This document shows positions 1-6,921 of a DNA stretch of 41,267 nt, one piece after another; the first letter of the stretch is position 1; every line of letters starts with the position of its first letter. The stretch lies in the IMG/VR virus record IMGVR_UViG_3300033076_001172, positions 1-41,267 of that record. One strand, given 5' to 3'. A model generated the notes under the pieces. The model worked only from the letters and a program-made list of their open reading frames with translations. It searched no databases and was not told the origin of the DNA. A program made the position numbers and the translations under genes. Source of the stretch: a virus. Taxonomy: Duplodnaviria; Caudoviricetes.

Positions 1-1788
1 GTGACTGTGCTGCGGGATTACCAGCGCGCGGCGATCGACGACACGTTCGCGCGCTGGAGTGCCGGCGCGACACGCGTCCCGATCGTGATGGCTACCGGCC
101 TCGGGAAGACCCGGACGTTCTGCGGATTGATCAGTGAGTGGCTGGATGCCAATCCGGGTAAGCGCGCGCTGATCATCGCCCACACGAACGAGCTGATCGA
201 ACAGGGCGCGGCGGCGGCCAGGGCGGTGATGCCGGGGCGGCGCGTTGGGATCGTTCAGGGTCCGCGCAACAACACCACGGCGGACGTCGTCATGTCGTCG
301 CGCCAGACCCTCGCGAGCGCGAAGCGCCGCAACCAGCTGCGCAACGTCGGCTTGATCGTGATCGACGAATGCCATCACGCGCACGACGCGAACACATACG
401 GCGCGATCCTGCGTCACTTCGGCGCGCTGGACTGCGACGTCACCCCGCGCGATCCGGCCGTGAAGGTGCTCGGCGTGACGGCGACACTGGCACGCAGCGA
501 CAAGAAGAAACTCTCCACGGTGTGGGAGGACTGTACGTTCACCCGTGACATCCTGTTCGGCATCCGCCACGGATACCTGCTGGACGTGACAGGCGCGCGT
601 GTCGTCGTTGACGAGCTCGACATGCGCAACGTCGCCGTACGGGGCGGGGACTTCTCCGAATCCGCGCTCGGCGAGGAGTTGGAACGCAGCTTCGCCGTCG
701 AGCGGATCGCTGAGAAGTATGTCGAGGTGGCGAAAGACCGTAAGGGGATCGCGTTCTGGCCGCTGGTGGCCACAGCTCAGCATGCCGCCGATGTCTTCAA
801 CGAGGCCGGCATCCCGTCCGCCGTCGTGCATGGGGCGATGGACAAGGCTGAGCGCCGTCGCGTCATCGCCGATCTGCGTTCCGGGGCGATCCAGGTCGTG
901 CACAACGCCATGGTGCTGACGGAGGGTTTCGACGATCCCACCGTGGAATGCGTCGTGATCGGCAGGCCGACGAAGAGTGCTCCCCTGTATCAGCAGATGG
1001 TGGGCCGTGCGCTGCGCCCCGATCTCACGCTGCCTGTGAGTGAGCGCCGCCCGGCGCTGATCATCGACGTGACCGGCGCGAGTGAGGGCAACGATCTACG
1101 CTCGCTGATCGATCTCTCCCCGGAGCGCAGGCTTGACGACGCGTACGAGGCCGATCCGGACGCGTCGCTGGGTGAACTGTCGGACATCGCCGAAGAGATC
1201 GAGGCCGAGCTTGCCGAGCAACGCGCGGGAGCGACGTGGGACTTCGAGTCCGACGACTACGACGGGGCGGTCACGACGCAGGCGTTCGATCCGCTTGCGC
1301 GCGACAAGGCATGGTCACTGACCGACGGGGGGCATTGGTTCGTGCGATCGTCGCGCATCGCCAAGGGTGACTCGTTCGTGTTCCTGCTCCCTTCACTGTC
1401 CGGCCCGGAGGGTACGTGGGACGTGGCAGGGTGTTCGCGCAACATCGGCTATGACCCGATGCGCGACGCCGCCCCGGAATGGGCGACGGGCACGGCATGG
1501 GTAGGGCTGACGCTGGAACAGGCGATGCTGCATAGCGAGGGGATCGCCGGCGACGCGTACAACACGCGCCGGAATTCGTGGACGAATCGCCCCCCGGGCA
1601 AGCATCTGAAGATCGCGGCGTGGCGCGCGGGCGTCGAGGTCGGCTCGCGCACGCACGGGGAGCTTCAGGAGGCGGTGGATCAGGCCGTCGCGTCGGCGCG
1701 TATAGATCCCCTGGTTGCGCGCGTTCGATCCGGCATGCAACAATCAGACGGGCAAGAATCCAGTGACAGGGAGAGTGCAGCATCATGA
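1..1788 (+). CDS. Superfamily 2 DNA helicase (ResIII/DEAH type with helicase C-terminal domain)
   Basis: LRDYQ Q-motif, ATGLGKT Walker A, IVIDECHH Walker B, GVTAT motif III, LTEGFDDP motif V and QMVGRALR motif VI. Confidence 0.93.
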   Translation: MTVLRDYQRAAIDDTFARWSAGATRVPIVMATGLGKTRTFCGLISEWLDANPGKRALIIAHTNELIEQGAAAARAVMPGRRVGIVQGPRNNTTADVVMSSRQTLASAKRRNQLRNVGLIVIDECHHAHDANTYGAILRHFGALDCDVTPRDPAVKVLGVTATLARSDKKKLSTVWEDCTFTRDILFGIRHGYLLDVTGARVVVDELDMRNVAVRGGDFSESALGEELERSFAVERIAEKYVEVAKDRKGIAFWPLVATAQHAADVFNEAGIPSAVVHGAMDKAERRRVIADLRSGAIQVVHNAMVLTEGFDDPTVECVVIGRPTKSAPLYQQMVGRALRPDLTLPVSERRPALIIDVTGASEGNDLRSLIDLSPERRLDDAYEADPDASLGELSDIAEEIEAELAEQRAGATWDFESDDYDGAVTTQAFDPLARDKAWSLTDGGHWFVRSSRIAKGDSFVFLLPSLSGPEGTWDVAGCSRNIGYDPMRDAAPEWATGTAWVGLTLEQAMLHSEGIAGDAYNTRRNSWTNRPPGKHLKIAAWRAGVEVGSRTHGELQEAVDQAVASARIDPLVARVRSGMQQSDGQESSDRESAAS

Positions 1789-2159
1789 CCGTCGAGACCG
1801 TCATCACCGATCCGGTGCCCGTGAAGCAGGCCCCACGCAAGGGCGCCGGCCGTCGCCCGGACCCGAACCCGTTCATTGCCGACGTGCGCGTCATCGCGGG
1901 CGTGCTGAACGAGCGCACCCAGCAGGCCATGACCGTGCGCGAGACGTTCACCCTGGACGCCGAGCGCGGGGAGACGCTGAAGCAGCGTTCCGCGCGCGTC
2001 CGCCGTCAGCTCACCGCCGCCGGGAAGATCGTCGCTGCCGAGCGCGGCGAGGCGTCCCCGTACCTGATCGGCATGCACATCGCCGAGAGCTACGACGCCA
2101 CCCCGGAGTGCGGCACGCTCTACGTGCTCAGGTTCTGGGACCGCGAGGTGCGCGCGTGA
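1785..2159 (+). CDS. Hypothetical protein
   Basis: ATGA overlap with the helicase stop, GGGAGAG RBS and GC3-rich codons. Confidence 0.75.
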   Translation: MTVETVITDPVPVKQAPRKGAGRRPDPNPFIADVRVIAGVLNERTQQAMTVRETFTLDAERGETLKQRSARVRRQLTAAGKIVAAERGEASPYLIGMHIAESYDATPECGTLYVLRFWDREVRA

Positions 2160-2353
2160 AGCTGTCTGAATCGATGGAGCGCTTGTTGCTGGCCAGCGCT
2201 GCGTTCGGAACCGTCACCCCTGGACCGACGCGCGCCGCGTTGATGCGCCGCGGGTTGGTCCACAACATGGAGGCGCCTCCGGGCTACGCGGCCAGGCTCA
2301 CGGCACTGGGCCGTCAGGTGCGCGCGGACCTGATCGCGCGGAGTGAGTCATGA
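2156..2353 (+). CDS. Small hypothetical protein, possibly winged helix
   Basis: GTGA overlap with the upstream stop and GAGG RBS. The sequence ALMRRGLV...LTALGRQV resembles a wHTH C-terminus. Confidence 0.65.
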   Translation: MKLSESMERLLLASAAFGTVTPGPTRAALMRRGLVHNMEAPPGYAARLTALGRQVRADLIARSES

Positions 2354-2598
2354 GCGAGATCGAGGACCGGCGCCAGCGCGCGCGCGAGGCTGCATACGAC
2401 GCAGTCTCGCGCGCGCCGGAATACTACGGGACGCGCGCGGGGGTCGATGCCGCCATCGAGACGGCGACTCAGGTGAAGATCACCGATGAGGCGATCGAAG
2501 CGTTCGACGTCGAGCGCAACGGCTCGACGGACGCGGGGGACATCCCCGCCGGACTCGCCGCCGCCCTGGCCGCGCTCGGTTTCGAGGTGATCGAGTGA
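2350..2598 (+). CDS. Hypothetical protein
   Basis: 4-bp overlaps at both ends and a GGAG RBS. Confidence 0.7.
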   Translation: MSEIEDRRQRAREAAYDAVSRAPEYYGTRAGVDAAIETATQVKITDEAIEAFDVERNGSTDAGDIPAGLAAALAALGFEVIE

Positions 2599-3569
2599 CC
2601 TCCATGCTGTTCGCGTCGCCGTCCGAATTGGGCGGCGACGCGCCGGAGGGCAAGCAATTCGGCCAGAGGTATCGCGGGCGGTACCACATGCCGCTACTCC
2701 CCGGCGAATCCGGCACGAAAGCCGGGGGGAACTACGTCCCGCACGGGCTAATGTCGGCGACGAACCTCGCAGGCTCGATCGTCGACTCGCGCGCGCTCAG
2801 CGTATGGGAGCGCGAGCGCGGGCAGCTCGGGATGGCGCTGCGCCCGGAGCTGTTCGAACGGCTGGTGTTCGCGGTGAATTCAGCGCGCATCGAGGGGGTC
2901 GGGCTGGAGAAACTGTCGGCCAGTGAGGGCGGCAAGGCTCTGGCATCAGTGCTGGCCGAGATCCACGACGATGCGAAGACGGCGGCCGGGGGCAACTCGG
3001 GCGGGATCATGGGCACGAACAGGCATGACGCATGGGAGGCGCGCGCGAAGACCGGCCTGCTTCTCGGCACCCCGCAGATCAACCGGGAGATCGAGGCCCT
3101 CGAGGCGTTGCTCGAAGCCCACGGGCTGGAGCGCGTGCCGGGGCTGCAAGAGCGCGTCGTGCGCAACGTTGAGCTTGGTGCGGCAGGGCGGCTCGACGAT
3201 GTGCTCCTGTCGCGTAGGACGGGGCGCTTGTATCTGGCCGACCTGAAGACGAAGCGCACGCCGTTCTACTCCTGGTTGGAGGCATGGATCCAGCAGGCCG
3301 TGTACGCCGGCGCCGAATGGATGCTCGCTGAAGACCGCGCGCGGGACGATGGATCGTACACGTACGTTCCCGGCCCGAAGCATCACGTTGATCAGGAGTC
3401 GGCGATCCTGTTGCGCATGCCGAGCGACGGGGCGGCTCCGTTCCTGCAACGCGTCGATCTGACCATGGGCCGACGCTGGGCGTTGCTCGCGCACGACGTC
3501 GCCGCCGCCCGTAGCGAGGCGTCGAGCGTCGCCACGAACGCGCTTGCTGAATGGCGCGAGGATGCTTGA
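2595..3569 (+). CDS. PD-(D/E)xK exonuclease (RecE/Cas4-like phage recombination nuclease)
   Basis: GTNRH, E, AGRLDDVL, ADLKT and QQAVYA motifs. Lies between the helicase and the SSB-like gene. Confidence 0.85.
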   Translation: MTSMLFASPSELGGDAPEGKQFGQRYRGRYHMPLLPGESGTKAGGNYVPHGLMSATNLAGSIVDSRALSVWERERGQLGMALRPELFERLVFAVNSARIEGVGLEKLSASEGGKALASVLAEIHDDAKTAAGGNSGGIMGTNRHDAWEARAKTGLLLGTPQINREIEALEALLEAHGLERVPGLQERVVRNVELGAAGRLDDVLLSRRTGRLYLADLKTKRTPFYSWLEAWIQQAVYAGAEWMLAEDRARDDGSYTYVPGPKHHVDQESAILLRMPSDGAAPFLQRVDLTMGRRWALLAHDVAAARSEASSVATNALAEWREDA

Positions 3570-3594
3570 CAGCGAATCCGGAAGCGACTAATCT
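3566..3594 (+). promoter_or_regulatory. Near-consensus housekeeping-sigma promoter of the structured RNA cluster
   Basis: TTGACA (3566-3571), 17 bp, TAATCT (3589-3594). The predicted start at ~3601 sits at the base of the first long hairpin. Confidence 0.85.
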
Positions 3595-3653
3595 AAGACA
3601 CAGATTCGCCGGTCGGGGATCCACGGGAAGGGTACTCCGGCCGGCGAATTCAA

Positions 3654-3741
3654 GCCCCGAAAGCTGCCTAGCGCACTTTCACCCGGCAAACGCTAACGGC
3701 CCCCAGGGGCACGCGGACGTGGTTCGAATCCACACGGGGCA
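3654..3741 (+). ncRNA. tRNA-like element 1 (acceptor stem and T-arm only)
   Basis: GCCCCG/CGGGGC acceptor stem and GTGG-TTCGAAT-CCAC T-arm. The interior does not fold as D and anticodon arms. Confidence 0.6.
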
Positions 3742-3863
3742 CGAGCGAGGTCGAGTGGGATACCCGACGCAGGTCCCCCAGTCTGACCACCTCAGAAGGA
3801 TCAGCTTCTTCGCTCGGCTAGGACGGAAGCATCTGCCGTGACAGTCCGGAGAGACGGACACCT

Positions 3864-3936
3864 GATCCGGTAGCTCATTGGGAGAGCGCGGCCTAGAAAG
3901 CGCCGTGGTATGTCGGTTCGAATCCGGCCCGGTTCA
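3864..3936 (+). tRNA. Atypical tRNA (nominal anticodon GAA, Phe) or pseudo-tRNA
   Basis: GATCCGG/CCGGTTC acceptor, TA, GCTC-ATTGGGA-GAGC D-arm, CGGC/GCCG anticodon stem and GTCGG-TTCGAAT-CCGGC T-arm. It has A33, a C31:C39 mismatch and no encoded CCA. Confidence 0.7.
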
Positions 3937-4056
3937 CGAGGGAGTGGGGTTTCCGGGTTTTACCTCCCACCAAAAATGTATGAACCCGGGTTTGCACCAA
4001 CTGAATCATCAGGCGCACAGCGCATAGATCGCATCAACGCAGAGAGCAGGCACAGC

Positions 4057-4737
4057 ATGACTCAGCCCGTCAATGACCCGTGGGCCGCGGCCTCCGTCAC
4101 CCCCGCCCCCGTCGCCCCGGCCCCCGTTCAGCCGACCTACACGCCGCCGGCCGGAGCTTCCCTGCTGGCCGACGCGTACGAAGCCCCCGAGGGAGAGTCG
4201 ATCCTGTTCGGCGGAACGGCCGGTGCGCCGTCCCTGTTCAACAAGACCCACTTCGTCGGCACCGAGCGGACCGGCATCATCACCGGGCTGACCGACAAGC
4301 AGGACATGGACTTCAACACCCGGTCCCCGAAGTTCTGGTCGGCCAGCAAGATCGGCGGCGAGAAAGGCAACTCGCCCGTCACCACCGACCCCATCGACAA
4401 GATCACCGGTGAGCGGAACAAGCCGGTGATGTCGGCACACCTCGCGCTCGACACCGATTACCGGCTCACCGTTCAGGAGGCGGCGGCGGTCAACCCGGCC
4501 CGCGACGCGAACGAGGCGGTAGCCAGCGACGACGGTTCGCGCGTCCTGGTGATCAAGGGTGGTGCCGACCTCAAAGCATTCAAGAAGGCGATGGGCGAGG
4601 CCGCGCGCAACGGCATCCGCATCACCGGCCCCGCCGATCTGACCGGCCTGCGGATCACCGCGAAGCGTGCCGGTCAGGTTCCCAACCAGACCGGTAACCC
4701 GTCGTGGGTGATGGAGTACCGGATCGAGAAGGCGTAA
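4057..4737 (+). CDS. Putative ssDNA-binding/recombination accessory protein
   Basis: Pro/Ala-rich N-terminus followed by a beta-rich domain (GIITG...QDMDF...LDTD). Strongly biased codons and position after the exonuclease. Start moved from 3910 to ATG 4057. Confidence 0.6.
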   Translation: MTQPVNDPWAAASVTPAPVAPAPVQPTYTPPAGASLLADAYEAPEGESILFGGTAGAPSLFNKTHFVGTERTGIITGLTDKQDMDFNTRSPKFWSASKIGGEKGNSPVTTDPIDKITGERNKPVMSAHLALDTDYRLTVQEAAAVNPARDANEAVASDDGSRVLVIKGGADLKAFKKAMGEAARNGIRITGPADLTGLRITAKRAGQVPNQTGNPSWVMEYRIEKA

Positions 4738-4748
4738 CTTCGCAGGAT

Positions 4749-4784
4749 GAAAGGCGCGCGAGCCGACCGGCCCGCGCGCCTTTC
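4749..4784 (+). terminator. Intrinsic terminator hairpin
   Basis: GAAAGGCGCGCG...CGCGCGCCTTTC just after the stop at 4737. Confidence 0.75.
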
Positions 4785-4807
4785 GCGTATCGAGGGAGGG
4801 GCGAAAG

Positions 4808-5041
4808 ATGAGGCTAGTCGTAGGACTGACCCTGTTCTGCTACGCGGTCGGGGCGGTGTTCGGAGCGCTCGCTGCGGTACACGGGCTGCATGTTCGAGGT
4901 GAGGGCACGGTGTACGGGTGGTGGGCGTTCTGGCCGGTCGCGCTGGTGTCGGCATACATCCCCGTCGTGTTCGCGTGCCTGGTGTTCGCGTGCGCGTACA
5001 TGTTCGAGGGGCCGGCCGCGCACCGCAGGGGGCGCAGATGA
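4808..5041 (+). CDS. Small membrane protein
   Basis: Two hydrophobic segments. Preceded by GAGGGAGGGGCGAA. Confidence 0.75.
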   Translation: MRLVVGLTLFCYAVGAVFGALAAVHGLHVRGEGTVYGWWAFWPVALVSAYIPVVFACLVFACAYMFEGPAAHRRGRR

Positions 5042-5238
5042 GCGCGTGGCGTGCGTGGCGCATGGCACCGGGCGCCGATGTCGACGGCGGGCCGCAGGTC
5101 TACACGTCCGTGCTCGACGGGGCGGTGGTGGTGCGAGACTCGAAGCACGCGCCGATCGGCGCGTGCCTCACGTTCACGCGTGAGCAGTGGGCGGCGTTCC
5201 TGGCCGCGGTCAAGAGGGGTGAATTCGATGACGAGTGA
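5038..5238 (+). CDS. DUF397 (BldB-like) family protein
   Basis: GAVVVRDSK...LTFTREQWAAFLAAVKRGEFD is the DUF397 signature. ATGA overlap with the upstream gene. Confidence 0.88.
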   Translation: MSAWRAWRMAPGADVDGGPQVYTSVLDGAVVVRDSKHAPIGACLTFTREQWAAFLAAVKRGEFDDE

Positions 5239-5893
5239 GTCGACGGGCAGCGAGCTGCGATCGGGTGACCTGCTGTTCTGCGGGATCGGCGGGTTCGTGC
5301 CGGGATTCGTGCCGGTGGGGGTCGGGCAGGCTGCCCTGTTCGTGACGCGCCGCTGGTGGCGCATGGTGTGGAGCGTGCGTCAGTGGTTCCACCTGCGGCA
5401 TGTCGCCGTGGTGGACACGGATCAGGCGGGGTTCTCGCTGATCCAGGCCATGCCGCGCGGGGCGGAGCGCGTCGCGCTGGATCCGGCGCGGCACCTCACT
5501 GCGGGGTGTGTGTACGTGCGCCCGGACTACGCGCGCGAGGGGCAGCATGTAGAGGTGGCCGACGCGGCGATCGATTACGTCGGGGTACCGTACGGGTTCC
5601 TCACGTACCTGAAGCTCGCTGCCGGCGCGTTCCGGTTCCGGCTGACGGAGGCATGGTTGCGCCGGCTGATCTCGACGCGCCGGGACATGATCTGCTCTCA
5701 GTTGGCCGATCAGGCACTCAGCGACGCCGGGCACAACGTGTTCACCGACGATCGACTCCCGCAGGACGTGGTCCCGGCCGAGCTGTTCGATGCCGTGATG
5801 AGTCAGCCGGGATGGTTCATGATCCCTGGCCACCCTGTCGTCGGCCAGTGGACGCGCACCGATCGCGCCACGTCCGTCTTCGCCCGCAAGTAA
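5228..5893 (+). CDS. Permuted papain-like (NlpC/P60, YiiX/YebB-like) protein
   Basis: LRSGDLLF, HVAVV, YVGVPY and MICSQL motifs, with His before Cys as in the permuted fold. Confidence 0.8.
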   Translation: MTSESTGSELRSGDLLFCGIGGFVPGFVPVGVGQAALFVTRRWWRMVWSVRQWFHLRHVAVVDTDQAGFSLIQAMPRGAERVALDPARHLTAGCVYVRPDYAREGQHVEVADAAIDYVGVPYGFLTYLKLAAGAFRFRLTEAWLRRLISTRRDMICSQLADQALSDAGHNVFTDDRLPQDVVPAELFDAVMSQPGWFMIPGHPVVGQWTRTDRATSVFARK

Positions 5894-5896
5894 TTG

Positions 5897-5925
5897 TTGC
5901 GCGCCGGATTGGTGCGTGCTAGATT
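5897..5925 (+). promoter_or_regulatory. Cassette-family promoter
   Basis: TTGCGC-N17-TAGATT, followed by the leader AACAGAAAGCGAGGGGCGAAC. Confidence 0.75.
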
Positions 5926-5952
5926 AGGTGTAACAGAAAGCGAGGGGCGAAC

Positions 5953-6069
5953 ATGGGTTTGCAGACGAAGCGGTTCACCACCATTGCGGGGATCGCGCTC
6001 GCGGCGGTGCTCGGGAGCATCGCGTACGGCGCGGTTCTCTTCGCGATCCTCTGGATGGTGACCTCGTGA
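5953..6069 (+). CDS. 38-aa single-TM protein (not in the ORF track)
   Basis: MGLQTKRFTTIAGIALAAVLGSIAYGAVLFAILWMVTS, directly after the GAGGGGCGAA element, with a GTGA overlap to the next gene. Confidence 0.75.
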   Translation: MGLQTKRFTTIAGIALAAVLGSIAYGAVLFAILWMVTS

Positions 6070-6251
6070 GCGGACGACACTCGCGCGAGATCGCGGGCAG
6101 CGACGTCCCGCCGCGCGGCCAGGGAGTCAAGCGCGAGGTCCTGAAGCCGGAGGATCTCTCGGCCAAGCCGCCGACGGCGAGGGGTAAGGCCACCCCACCG
6201 GAACCGAAGCGGCCGAGCGGATACCGCGGGAAGCACGAGGGCCGAGGATGA
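6066..6251 (+). CDS. Small basic low-complexity protein
   Basis: Translationally coupled at both ends and rich in K/R/P/G. Confidence 0.65.
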   Translation: MSGRHSREIAGSDVPPRGQGVKREVLKPEDLSAKPPTARGKATPPEPKRPSGYRGKHEGRG

Positions 6252-6589
6252 GCATCGAACCGGAGAGCGCGGCGTGGTTCCGGCAGGATAGCGTGTGGCG
6301 CGCCCAGATGGCGAAGCGCGCCGCCGAGTACGAGCGCATGCAGGAGAAGCAGCGAGCATCGCGCGCAGCTGAGCGCTCCGAGGCGACGCCCATTCCGCTC
6401 ACGCTCGAAGCGCTGGTGGACGTGATCGCGGAGCGGATGGCGCCTGATCTCAGTCTCGGCCCGGATCGCCGGCGCGAGTACGCCGAGCACCTGGTACAGA
6501 GCTACTGCGAGTGCGAGTTCGATCCAGGGTGGCGCGACGACCCTGGAGGATGGGTGCTCTGCGCTCACGCGATCGACGAGAGGTTCTGA
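6248..6589 (+). CDS. Hypothetical protein (CxC...CxH, possible metal binding)
   Basis: ATGA overlap, with YCECE and LCAHA motifs. Confidence 0.7.
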   Translation: MSIEPESAAWFRQDSVWRAQMAKRAAEYERMQEKQRASRAAERSEATPIPLTLEALVDVIAERMAPDLSLGPDRRREYAEHLVQSYCECEFDPGWRDDPGGWVLCAHAIDERF

Positions 6590-6590
6590 C

Positions 6591-6818
6591 GTGATCAAGA
6601 GGATTTCGATCGGTGTGGTGGCACTGCTCCTGCTGGCCGGATGCGCCGATCCGACCGAAACGGTTCAGCCGAAGGGCGACACGGTAGAGCTGCAAGGCGG
6701 GCAGCAAATCTTCGTCCAGAAAATCGAGGTCAACGGGTGACTCGTCTCGTGCGTCGTGTTCATCGGCACGAGCAAGGGTGGCGTCTCCTGCGACTTCACG
6801 CGAGAGGCGAAGCCCTGA
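6591..6818 (+). pseudogene. Lipoprotein gene interrupted by an in-frame TGA at 6738-6740
   Basis: GTG start, signal peptide with an LAGC lipobox. The frame continues past the TGA as LVSCVVFIGTSKGGVSCDFTREAKP. Confidence 0.65.
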
Positions 6819-6864
6819 ACGACGGGGATTCTGGCGCTTGCTAATCTGGCGTCGATGAATTAGG

Positions 6865-6908
6865 GTATGGGTGTGAGCGCGACACGGGCTCACACCCATA
6901 CTTCGTTT
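6865..6908 (+). terminator. Perfect 14-bp hairpin, terminator or attenuator
   Basis: GTATGGGTGTGAGC-N9-GCTCACACCCATAC followed by TTCGTTT. Confidence 0.65.
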
Positions 6909-6921
6909 GAGGGGCGAACCG

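Larger units (their letters stand above)
3601..3990 (+). ncRNA. Putative structured non-coding RNA or polycistronic RNA precursor
   Basis: No credible ORF. Consecutive elements: long hairpin 3603-3650, tRNA-like 3654-3741, stem-closed domain 3742-3816, short hairpins ~3821-3859, tRNA-like 3864-3936 and a pseudoknot 3945-3990. Confidence 0.7.

Noticed and set aside
2595-3569. Cas4 as part of a CRISPR system
   Set aside because: The protein lacks the four-Cys Fe-S pattern and sits in a helicase/SSB context, so it is an ordinary phage exonuclease.
3654-3741. tRNA-Sec or opal suppressor that could read through the TGA at 6738
   Set aside because: TCA occurs in the interior loop, but no anticodon stem with a 7-nt loop can be formed around it.
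3864-3936. Amber suppressor tRNA (CTA)
   Set aside because: CTA is at the 5' edge of the loop, not at positions 34-36. TAG is also used as a normal stop in several genes, so there is no sign of recoding.
3910-4056. N-terminal extension of the SSB-like ORF
   Set aside because: It overlaps the tRNA T-arm and the pseudoknot. ATG 4057 has a purine-rich leader and better codon bias.
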